The notes under the pieces: model-generated
What the model was told of the DNA's origin: nothing
Databases searched by the model: none
The model's input: the letters and a program-made list of their open reading frames with translations, nothing else
NCBI GenBank assembly: GCA_950097015.1
Contig: CATNEN010000034.1
Coordinates: 3,162,001 to 3,226,000, forward strand
Direction: 5' to 3'
Source of the DNA: Macrostomum hystrix
Taxonomy: Eukaryota; Animalia; Platyhelminthes
DNA: 64,000 bases
Translations under genes and position numbers: made by a program
Shown: in pieces, positions 1 to 10,592 of the stretch
Layout: every line of letters starts with the position of its first letter
How positions within the stretch are numbered: position 1 is the stretch's first letter

Positions 1-513
1 GAGTCCAATAAATTAACGATCTACCTTGATTGCTAACCATTAGCAGGCTGTTTTGTTTTACTTGACTCCCCATAAATCAGATTTTATCCCCAGACCATTA
101 GCGATCATATTAGATCTGAAAGTGTCATTTTGTGATTTACAAATCATCCTATATACGCTCGTATGAGAACCGCAAATCACTTCTGAAACCGTCGATAATC
201 ATCCAGTGTAATAAATTGGATATTTTGCTTTTTGATGTACGAGCTAGTTTGATTATTACGATCGAATCTTTAGTAGGCGACTGTTAATTACGAGCTACCT
301 CAATCAAGTCCAGCAGTTCATAAAATCTTTGATAAAGCACTTTTAACAGCCGAAACATTCCTCACTGTAATTTTATACCGTAGCTTACAAACTTTGAGAT
401 AAGGCACTTTGGTGCTATACAATGCAATGAAGGGGTAGAGGCTATTTCAATGTACATGCTATAAGTCATGCACAATGTATAGACCTTTTTATGCTGTCAT
501 TGGCGCAAGGGAT

Positions 514-903
514 AGAAATGAACCAATGTACACTCGATGCGTCACTCGTCACTGAAGGTCCTGGCGTGGGGTGGTTGGTGCATGGGGTACAAGTGAAGCA
601 ATGTACACTCTATGCGTCACTCGTCACTGAAGGTCCTGGCGTGGGGTGGTTGTCGTGTGGGGTAGAAGTGAAGCAATGTACACTCTATGCGTCACTCGTC
701 ACTGAAGGTCCTGGCGTGGGGTGGTTGGCGTGTGGGGTAGAAGTGAAGCAATGTACACTCTATGCGTCACTCGTCACTGAAGGTCCTGGCGTGGGGTGGT
801 TGGCGTGTGGGGTAGAAGTGAAGCAATGTACACTCTATGCGTCACTCGTCACTGAAGGTCCTGGCGTGGGGTGGTTGGCGTGTGGGGTAGAAGTGAAGCA
901 GTG
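514..903. repeat. 75-bp tandem repeat, ~5 copies (intronic to the ROR-like gene)
   Basis: gtcactcgtcactgaaggtcc recurs at 541, 616, 691, 766 and 841; explains the 25-aa periodicity of ORF 491..919. Confidence 0.95.
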
Positions 904-941
904 TAAACAATGGAACTAAATGAACGCAACCTGTTCCACAG

Positions 942-1220
942 TGCATAAAATGATGCGCGAAGTCTCGAACGAGACCTGCCTGCCGCCTCTGATGGAGGCG
1001 GTGTGTCGGCACAGCTTTCCGGAGTGCGCAGCCGCGGAGGACGGCACTGCCGATGTAGGCCACACCGGGATCAGCACCAGACGCCGTCGGCGCCAGAGAG
1101 TGCGGCAGCTCTGCCGTCAGGACTGCCAGAAGCTGACCCTGGGTGAACCTTGTCGCGGCAGCTTCAACCGCCTGAAGGACAGCCTGGAGTATTTCGATAG
1201 GCACAGTGCTAGCGGAGCTC
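942..1220 (+). CDS. ROR: ROR-like receptor, internal exon: Frizzled-type cysteine-rich domain
   Basis: CLPPLMEAVCRHSFPEC...LCRQDCQKL..PC fits the ROR CRD pattern (C..FAIPSLCHYAFPYC...LCRDECE.L..C); acceptor ttccacag|942, donor 1220|gtgagt, both phase 1; upstream exons not identified in the window. Confidence 0.8.
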
Positions 1221-1368
1221 GTGAGTGGCGACTGCAGCTGCCTGCCTGGGATAGACGGGATGGGGTGGGATGGAATCAGGTGTGAAACACCTTGCATGAT
1301 CGAGACTAGATGTGGCAAGCGGTTCGCCTGTAAAGCTGCGAACACCCACCTGAAACCCACCTGTACAG

Positions 1369-1641
1369 AACTGCGTCATCTGCTGCCCAGCTGCGACTCC
1401 CTGCCGTCCCAGACTCACCTGTGCGAGCCTCTCGCTACTCAGGCGTCCCCCGGCGACCATCCGGATGGCTGCTTCGTCTCTGTCGGCAGCCGAACTGGAC
1501 GGCGCTGCCTGCCGCCGGAGTCTCCGTGCCGACCGGCCGCGAGCGACGTCTCCGATCGTCGGCCGGGATCGCCTTGGTGCTACGTGGACCCCGGCGGCAT
1601 TGAAACTTGCAGACGGTTCGATCTTTGCGGTGATAGAGCAG
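1369..1641 (+). CDS. ROR: ROR-like receptor exon: end of CRD plus short kringle-like domain
   Basis: LPSCDSLP (cf. LPNCEDLP) then a 6-Cys unit with PWCY; acceptor tacag|1369 and donor 1641|gtgggt, both phase 1. Confidence 0.8.
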
Positions 1642-1696
1642 GTGGGTCTTACTCAGCCGGCGCCCAGGCCTAGCTAAATACAATGGCTCTTATCTC

Positions 1697-3299
1697 GGTT
1701 AGACCGACCATCCCCTGTTAGACAGACCCATCCCCTGTTAGACAGACCCATCCCCTGTTAGACAGACCCATCCCCTGTTAGACAGACCCATTCCCTGTTA
1801 GACAGACCCATCCCTGTTAGACAAACCCATTCCCTGTTAGACAGACCCATCCCCTGTTAGACAAACCCATTCCCTGTTAGACAAACCCATTCCCTGTTAG
1901 ACAAACCCATTCCCTGTTAGACAGACCCATCCCCTGTTAGACAAACCCATCCCCTGTTAGACAGACCCATCCTTGTTAGATAGACCTATCCCCTGTTAGA
2001 CAGACCTATTACCTGTTAGACAGACGTATTCCCTGTTAGACAGACCCATTCCCTGTTAGACAAACCCATTCCCTGTTAGACAGACCCATCCCCTGTTAGA
2101 CAAACCCATTCCCTGTTAGACAAACCCATTCCCTGTTAGACAAACCCATTCCCTGTTAGACAGACCCATCCCCTGTTAGACAAACCCATCCCCTGTTAGA
2201 CAGACCCATCCCTGTTAGATAGACCTATCCCCTGTTAGACAGACCTATTACCTGTTAGACAGACGTATTCCCTGTTAGACAGACCCATCCCCTGTTAGAC
2301 AGACCCATCCCCTGTTAGACAGACCTATTACCTGTTAGACAGACCCATCCCCTGTTAGACAAACCCATCCCCTGTTAGACAGACCCATCCCTGTTAGATA
2401 GACCTATCCCCTGTTAGACAGACCTATTACCTGTTAGACAGACGTATTCCCTGTTAGACAGACCCATCCCCTGTTAGACAGACCCATCCCCTGTTAGACA
2501 GACCTATTACCTGTTAGACAGACCCATCCCCTGTTAGACAAACCCATCCCCTGTTAGACAGACCCATCCCCTGTTAGACAAACCCATCCCCTGTTAGACA
2601 GACCCATCCCCTGTTAGACAAACCCATTCCCTGTTAGACAGACCCATCCCCTGTTAGACAAACCCATTCCCTGTTAGACAGACCCATCCCTGTTAGACAG
2701 ACCCATCCCCTGTTAGACAGACCCATCCCCTGTTAGACAGACCTATTACCTGTTAGACAGACCCATCCCCTGTTAGACAGACCCATCCCTGTTAGACAGA
2801 CCCATCCCCTGTTAGACAGACACATCCCTGTTAGATAGAGCTATCCCCTGTTAGACAGACCCATCCCCTGTTAGACAGACCTATTACCTGTTAGACAGAC
2901 GTATTCCCTGTTAGACAGACCCATCCCCTGTTAGACAGACCCATCCCCTGTTAGACAGACCCATCCCCTGTTAGATAGACCTATCCCCTGTTTGACAGAC
3001 CTATTACCTGTTAGACAGACCCATCCCCTGTTAGACAGACCTATCCCCTGTTAGACAGACCCATCCCCTGTTAGACAGACCCATCCCCTGTTAGACAGAC
3101 CAATCCCCTGTTAGATAGACCTATCCCCTGTTAGACAGACCTATTTACTGTTAGACAAACCCATCTCTTGCTAGAAGAACCTATTAACCTGTTAGACAAC
3201 CCAATTAACCTGTTAGACAAACCAATTAACCTGTTAGACAAACCAATTAACCTGTTAGGCAAACCAATGAACCTGTTAGACAAACCAATTAACCTGTTA
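1697..3299. repeat. 20-bp minisatellite (gacagacccatcccctgtta), ~80 copies, in a ROR intron
   Basis: Direct periodicity with 19-bp variants and degenerate 3' copies. Confidence 0.97.
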
Positions 3300-3393
3300 G
3301 AAAGGCTTAAGAAAAAACGCAGTTGAACTGGTTAAAATATCAAACACGGCATACCAGGTCCAGTCACTAACAGCCGAGGCTTCAGTAGTTCAG

Positions 3394-3688
3394 CGGTGCT
3401 GGATCAAGCTCCTCCCAGGCCGTCAGAATCTCCCGGCGACGTCGGCGAAGGACGTCCTCGAAGTCAGCCGGCGTTGGCGCCGATTTTCGGCAGCCTCGGC
3501 GGCCTTGCAGTCCTGGCTCTGCTGACGTTGCTGGCTTTTCTAGCCGGCTGTCGGTTTTATCGTCGAAAACGTCAACGTTGGACGATTCGGAGATTGGCTG
3601 GCGGCCGCGACGGCGGCAAACAGACGGCAGCGGAGCTGACAGCTGGTGATTGTGGCGGCTCCATGGACATTCCGCTGACCCGACTGCG
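3394..3688 (+). CDS. ROR: ROR-like receptor exon: stalk, transmembrane helix, juxtamembrane
   Basis: IFGSLGGLAVLALLTLLAFLAGC followed by RFYRRKRQR stop-transfer; ctaac branch site at 3367, acceptor ttcag|3394 (phase 1), donor 3688|gtgaga (phase 2). Confidence 0.85.
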
Positions 3689-3882
3689 GTGAGAGCTGAT
3701 ACAGGAGATGCTGACAATCTTTTTCACTTTTGAGATAATTCCAATGCCTAATTTGAAAAGTTTTAATGCTCTAATTAGGATTATTATAATGCGCTAATTA
3801 AGATAATTCCAATGCGCTTATTGGGATATTTCTAATGTGCTAATTGTGCTGATTCTAATGCGCTAATTGGCTAACTACACAG

Positions 3883-4975
3883 CTTTGGCGAGGAGCTTGG
3901 CGACTGGTGCTTCGGCCGGGCCTACCGCGGCGAGCTGATCGGCCTGCATTCGGCCAGCTCGCTGACGCCCGTGGCCATCCGCTGCCTGCGGGCCGGCGCT
4001 GACGCAGCCACCAGACGTCGCTTTCTGGCCGAATTCCACGCAATGGCCGAGGTCACGTCGGCGGGCGGCCATCCGAATCTGGTCCGGCTGCTGGGCGCCT
4101 CGTTGAGCCAGACGCCCTCGTGCGTCGTCACGGAGCTGGCCGCTGGGCGCGACCTGCACGAACTCCTCGTTGAAGCACGAGACAACAAAAACGCGGCGAC
4201 GTCCGCGGAGGAGGCCTACGACTGCGACGCCACCGAGCCGACATCCTGGCGGCTGCTCAGCCAGCACCAGATGCTGCACGCCGCCGCACAGGTGGCCTGC
4301 GCACTCGAGTACCTCGCCGACCGCGGCTTCGTCCATCGCGACGTCGCGGCCAGGAATGTCCAGGTGGACGCCGGCTTCGGCCACCTGCACTGCCGACTGG
4401 GCGATCTGGGCCAATGCCGGGACGCCTACTCGGCTGATTATTACCGGCTGCAGGTGTCACATGGCGGCGGCGGCGGCGGCGGCGGTGGCAGCTCTGGCAG
4501 CAGCGGCCGTCTGCCAATCCGCTGGATGCCGCCCGAGGCCATCCTGTTTGGCAGTTATTCGCCGCAGAGCGACGCCTACAGCCTGGGCGTCCTGCTCTGG
4601 GAGATCTGGTCGCTTGGCGCACAGCCATACAGCGGCCGCAGCAACAGCGCCGCCATCGATTTAATCAGGGCCAGGCGACTGTTGGCCTGCCCGGCCGAAT
4701 GTCCCGCCAGACTTTACGGCCTGATGCTGGGCCTGTGGGCGGATCCTGCGGCTGCCAGGCTGTCTGCGGGCAATGTTCGAGAGCAGTTGCGGCTGTGGCA
4801 CGCCGAGGAGCTGGCGATGCTGACGCCGATGCAGCCGCAGCCTCCGCTGACACCCGCAGGCGCGTCATCTTCGTCGGCGTCGTCTGCTTGTCTGATGCCG
4901 CCGCCACCACAGAAGCAGCAGCCACCTCAGCCGCCGATGTTTTCGTCCGGTTTTAGTACCTTCTTTCCGTATTGA
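3883..4975 (+). CDS. ROR: ROR-like tyrosine (pseudo)kinase domain, terminal exon
   Basis: Spliced IPLTRLR-FGEELGDWCFGRAYRGEL; HRDVAARN; DLG..RDAYSADYYR; LPIRWMPPEAI; WEIWSLGAQPY, all ROR-like; acceptor acacag|3883 (phase 2); AATAAA at 5064-5069. Confidence 0.92.
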
Positions 4976-5270
4976 AATGTGAAAAACTTCGGACGTAGGA
5001 AGAGAAGTGGAGCCATAAAACCGTTGTATCGATTTTTTAACTGAGGTACCGCACAGGCAACACAATAAATACAGTGCGTAATGTAGTTACCTTCTACTAA
5101 AAAAATTGCTTGTTGGTTTTCATCTTTTCAAAATGTTAAAACAGGCAAGCTCAGATATAAAGAATGAGTCGACCTCACAAAAACTTCTCAAAATATATAA
5201 TAAACTTAGAAAATTTAGGAACATGATTGACGAGGCCTTAAAATTATATGATAAGCGAGATAGATCTCAA

Positions 5271-5505
5271 GGGGTTTGAGTGGCAGAGCGGTCTAACGCA
5301 CCAAGGTCCCTAAGCTCGATTCCGCGCGGCGAGGCCACATTCATTTGGGGCGCAGCCGCCGAGCGAAGGCTTGGGGGCTTGTCGTGCAATTTAAGCCCTT
5401 GAGGCCCAACCTCCAAGGTACAGTGAGAGTGTACACACCTGTGTGAGTGTGTGCTCAGGAGTCAGCGAAATGGGGCAGAATGGGTCTAGTTTCAACTACA
5501 ATAAT
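5271..5505 (+). mobile_element. tRNA-derived SINE, family A (copy with internal deletions)
   Basis: A-box TGGCAGAGCGG, B-box-like GCTCGATTCC; body gtgtgtgctcaggagtcagcgaaatgg shared with copies at ~19.6-19.9, 43.5 and 52.7-53.2 kb. Confidence 0.75.
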
Positions 5506-5758
5506 AATATTAACCAAAGAAATGAGATCTTACATTCTAAGTCCTCAGATTTTCTTATTCGTAGCTTTTTAGGGTTCGATAACGTCTTTTTCGGTGTACA
5601 AGTGAACTCAGATTTATAAAAGACAATCAATAAAGCATTTTTAACAAGCAAATTTGTATTAAGTGCCAATAATTAGGTGGAGATTTCACTCCATTCTTTA
5701 AAAAGTTTTATTTAGATATATCAAACAATGGTCTCTTGAAAATAGTATAGTTAACCTG

Positions 5759-6055
5759 TTAACGCTTGCCAAACCTTGGCCTACTCATAGCGTGAAGGTA
5801 CTGATTGAGGTTTTTGATGTACTGGGCGGTAGCGGCGGCCTGGTTGTCATGGTAACCCGATGCCTCATTGCGCTTGCCAAACCTGGGTCGGCTAACGGAC
5901 TGGAAGTATTGATTAAGGTAGGCCAGGTAGTCCGACACGTCATCAGCCGAGTGGAATTCCTTCGGTGAGTTGTCAGGAATTTCGGCCATAGACTTTAACT
6001 GGGCCGGGGCAATAAGCGGCATGATTAGCAAAATCCAGTTGAAAATTTGAAGCAT
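5759..6055 (-). CDS. NPF: NPY/NPF-like neuropeptide precursor A (98 aa, two NPF-type peptides, intronless)
   Basis: Hydrophobic leader; two ...Y-x6-Y-x4-SRPRF-GKR units (Tyr at -10 and -17, amidation/cleavage signal GKR); AATAAA on - strand at 5707-5712. Confidence 0.93.
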   Translation of the reverse strand: MLQIFNWILLIMPLIAPAQLKSMAEIPDNSPKEFHSADDVSDYLAYLNQYFQSVSRPRFGKRNEASGYHDNQAAATAQYIKNLNQYLHAMSRPRFGKR

Positions 6056-6155
6056 ACTGCGGCCTTCTTATTGTGCTAACTTTCTTACTTGATTAACTTT
6101 TCGTCCAGTTTGGCTGCTATGAATGATTCTAGCTTGAATCAACACTAGCTATCTA

Positions 6156-6228
6156 TATTTATACTGGGGCGTCAGCTCTCTGTCTCAAACCTGTATCTCA
6201 TACCAATATTTTCATATCCTCTGATTGG
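6156..6228 (-). promoter_or_regulatory. Putative core promoter of NPF-A (TATA plus CCAAT)
   Basis: TATAAATA (6156-6163) ~100 nt upstream of the ATG; CCAAT (6224-6228). Confidence 0.55.
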
Positions 6229-6339
6229 ACAAATATACACTTACACAGTCAAGAGTGTGTTCCCACTACTCGGTCCCTCTCACAGATGGTCGTGACGAAG
6301 TTCTAGATCGAAACCATACCTGTCTGAGCTAAATTCTTG

Positions 6340-7640
6340 ACCCCGGGTGTGGGACGGCAGAGACACCCGGGTGTGGGACGGCAGAGACACCCGGGTGTGG
6401 GACGGCAGAGACACCCGGGTGTGGGACGGCAGAGACACCCGGGTGTGGGACGGCAGAGACACCCGGGTGTGGGATGGCAGAGACACCCGGGTGTGGGAGG
6501 GCAGATAAGAAATCTCACTAGATTCTAGACACCCGGGTGTGGCATGGCAGATAAGAAATCTCACTAGATTCTAGACACCCGGGTGTGGCATGGCAGATAA
6601 GAAATCTCACTAGATTCTAGACACCTGGGTGTGGCATGGCAGATAAGAAATCTCACTAGATTCTAGACACCCGGGTGTGGCATGGCAGATAAGAAATCTC
6701 ACTAGATTCTAGACACCCGGGTGTGGCATGGCAGATAAGAAATCTCACTAGATTCTAGACACCCGGGTGTGGGATGGCAGATAAGAAATCTCACTAGATT
6801 CTAGACACCCGGGTGTGGCATGGCAGATAAGAAATCTCACTAGATTCTAGACACCTGGGTGTGGCATGGCAGATAAGAAATCTCACTAGATTCTAGACAC
6901 CTGGGTGTGGCATGGCAGATAAGAAATCTCACTAGATTCTAGACACCCGGGTGTGGGAGGGCAGATAAGAAATCTCACTAGATTCTAGACACCCGGGTGT
7001 GGCATGGAAGATAAGAAATCTCACTAGATTCTAGACACCCGGGTGTGGGATGGCAGATAATAAATCTCACTAGATTCTAGACACCCGGGTGTGGGATGGC
7101 AGGTAAGAAATCTCACTAGATTCTAGACACCCGGGTGTGGGATGGCAGGTAAGAAATCTCACTAGATTCTAGACACCCGGGTGTAGCATGGAAGATAAGA
7201 AATCTCACTAGATTCTAGACACCCGGGTGTGGCATGGCAGATAAGAAATCTCACTAGATTCTAGACACCCGGGTGTGGCATGGCAGATAAGAAATCTCAC
7301 TAGATTCTAGACACCCGGGTGTGGCATGGCAGATAAGAAATCTCACTAGATTCTAGACACCTGGGTGTGGCATGGCAGATAAGAAATCTCACTAGATTCT
7401 AGACACCCGGGTGTGGGATGGCAGATAATAAATCTCACTAGATTCTAGACACCCGGGTGAAGGATGGCAGATAAGAAATCTCACTAGATTCTAGACAGCC
7501 GGGTGTGGCATGGCAGATAAGAAATCTCACTAGATTCTAGACACCCGGGAGTGGGATGGCAGATAATAAATCTCACTAGATTCTAGACACCCGGGAGTGG
7601 GATGGCAGATAATAAATCTCACTAGATTTTAGACACCTAA
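6340..7640. repeat. Composite minisatellite: ~6 x 24-bp then ~24 x 46-bp units
   Basis: gacacccgggtgtgggacggcaga (period 24) changes to gacacccgggtgtggcatggcagataagaaatctcactagattcta (period 46). Confidence 0.95.
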
Positions 7641-8074
7641 ATCTAGGTGTTGCTAGGTGTTGCTTTGCTCTATAAACTACTGATAGTAGAATGCAGATGA
7701 AAATTAGCATTATCTTCACCGCCATTTCAAGTGACGTTAATGCATTGCGAAATCAGAAGCTTAACGGAATACAAGGTGCAGCTGGAAAGCTTTGATATGG
7801 ACAATGAGGCATTAGCTGACATCAGGTATTGAGATTTGTTGAACCATTCTCTAGCTTTTTAATTTTAATCAAAATCGGAGTACTTTTTTAAGGTGGTTTG
7901 AGCTGACACCTCTGTCACGAACGCCTTTCTCATTGCGGTTAAATTTCTTGCTACAATTTAGAAGAAATTTAAGCTACCTAGTAAAGCAAAATGTTACCGA
8001 TAGACTGAAGGGAGTCATAAAATGAAAATAAGAAAGAGAAAAGTGCTTTCGAATGAACAGCAGCTTCGGCAGTT

Positions 8075-9962
8075 TTAGCTGCAGAAGCGGCAGCAGTAAA
8101 AGCAGATTATCAACACAAACAGCAGCAGTGAAAGCAGATTATCAACACAAACAGCAGCAGTGAAAGCAGATTATCAACACAAACAGCAGCAGTAAAAGCA
8201 GATTATCAACACAAACAGCAGCAGTGAAAGCAGATTATCAACACAAACAGCAGCAGTAAAAGCAGATTATCAACACAAACAGCAGCAGTGAAAGCAGATT
8301 ATCAACACAAACAGCAGCAGTAAAAGCAGATTATCAACACAAACAGAAGCAGTAAATGCAGATTATCAACACAAACAGCAGCAGAAAAAGCAGATTATCA
8401 ACACAAACAGCAGCAGTAAAAGCAGATTATCAACACAAACAGCAGCAGTGAAAGCAGATTATCAACACAAACAGCAGCAGTAAAAGCAGATTATCAACAC
8501 AAACAGCAGCAGTGAAAGCAGATTATCAACACAAACAGCAGCAGTAAAAGCAGATTATCAACACAAACAGAAGCAGTAAATGCAGATTATCAACACAAAC
8601 AGCAGCAGAAAAAGCAGATTATCAACACAAACAGCAGCAGTAAAAGCAGATTATCAACACAAACAGCAGCAGTAAAAGCAGATTATCAACACAAACAGCA
8701 GCAGTAAAAGCAGATTATCAACACAAACAGCAGCAGTAAAAGCAGATTATCAACACAAACAGCAGCAGTAAAAGCAGATTATCAACACAAACAGCAGCAG
8801 TAAAAGCAGATTATCAACACAAACAGCAGCAGTGAAAGCAGATTATCAACACAAACAGCAGCAGTAAAAGCAGATTATCAACACAAACAGCAGCAGTAAA
8901 AGCAGATTATCAACACAAACAGCAGCAGTAAAAGCAGATTATCAACACAAACAGCAGCAGTAAAAGCAGATTATCAACACAAACAGCAGCAGTGAAAGCA
9001 GATTATCAACACAAACAGCAGCAGTGAAAGCAGATTATCAACACAAACAGCAGCAGTGAAAGCAGATTATCAACACAAACAGCAGCAGTGAAAGCAGATT
9101 ATCAACACAAACAGCAGCAGTGAAAGCAGATTATCAACACAAACAGCAGCAGTAAAAGCAGATTATCAACACAAACAGCAGCAGTGAAAGCAGATTATCA
9201 ACACAAACAGCAGCAGTAAAAGCAGATTATCAACACAAACAGCAGCAGTGAAAGCAGATTATCAACACAAACAGCAGCAGTAAAAGCAGATTATCAACAC
9301 AAACAGAAGCAGTAAATGCAGATTATCAACACAAACAGCAGCAGAAAAAGCAGATTATCAACACAAACAGCAGCAGTAAAAGCAGATTATCAACACAAAC
9401 AGCAGCAGTGAAAGCAGATTATCAACACAAACAGCAGCAGTGAAAGCAGATTATCAACACAAACAGCAGCAGTAAAAGCAGATTATCAACACAAACAGCA
9501 GCAGTGAAAGCAGATTATCAACACAAACAGCAGCAGTAAAAGCAGATTATCAACACAAACAGCAGCAGTGAAAGCAGATTATCAACACAAACAGCAGCAG
9601 TAAAAGCAGATTATCAACACAAACAGCAGCAGTAAAAGCAGATTATCAACACAAACAGCAGCAGTAAAAGCAGATTATCAACACAAACAGCAGCAGAAAA
9701 AGCAGATTATCAACACAAACAGCAGCAGTAAAAGCAGATTATCAACACAAACAGCAGCAGTAAAAGCAGATTATCAACACAAACAGCAGCAGTAAATGCA
9801 GATTATCAACACAAACAGCAGCAGTAAAAGCAGATTATCAACACAAACAGCAGCAGTAAAAGCAGATTATCAACACAAACAGCAGCAGTAAAAGCAGATT
9901 ATCAACACAAACAGCAGCAGTAAAAGCAGATTATCAACACAAACAGCAGCAGTAAAAGCAGA
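8075..9962. repeat. 32-bp minisatellite (aaacagcagcagtaaaagcagattatcaacac), ~58 copies
   Basis: Direct periodicity. Confidence 0.97.
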
Positions 9963-10592
9963 TGATTTTCGACAGTGTTTCCTGCTATTGCTTGTAAGCT
10001 ATTGCAGTTTGATGTTGTAAAAAATAGGGGATAATTAACTGGCTTCAGACATCTCAGAACCTACAAGTAGTCAGGTTGTGTTCCAGCACCCCAAAGTAGG
10101 AAGGGACAACACTAATTTCCTTTCTTGGAAATAGAAACTTGGCTCTGATTATTATATTTTCTAAAAAAACTACTGTTTCCCGGACAAGGGCAGCGTTTGG
10201 CATCGAGTTATTTTTTAAACTGAATACTGTTAATTCAAGAAGGCACATATTTTAGTCGAAATCCTTTTTTTGTGAAATTATTCCCATAGCAGCTGTAGTT
10301 ACAAAAACAGCTCACAAGCTTTGAAAAGAAATAATTCAAAACATTGAAACAAAATTAGCATAACCGCATTATCCTGTGCTTCAAAATGTGCACTCAAACT
10401 ATTATACGAGCATATATTTGTCATCGTCAGAGCGAGAGACAGACAGATTTAAATCAGCTCAAAGCTCGCTTGATTTCTTGGGTCAGAAGAGACAGGTAGG
10501 GACAGGGCTCGCCAACACGACTTTCATCATTTCAAATTAAAAATTGTCCATCTATTATTTGATTTTCGCCTCTGAATCGTCGCTTAAAACAG

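Noticed and set aside
491-919. 142-aa ORF with 25-aa Cys-containing repeats
   Set aside because: Translation of the 75-bp tandem repeat; ends in a stop just upstream of the ROR exon acceptor, so it is read as intronic.
5271-5340. tRNA-like sequence
   Set aside because: A- and B-box-like motifs are present but there is no complete cloverleaf, and it continues into a repeated SINE body.
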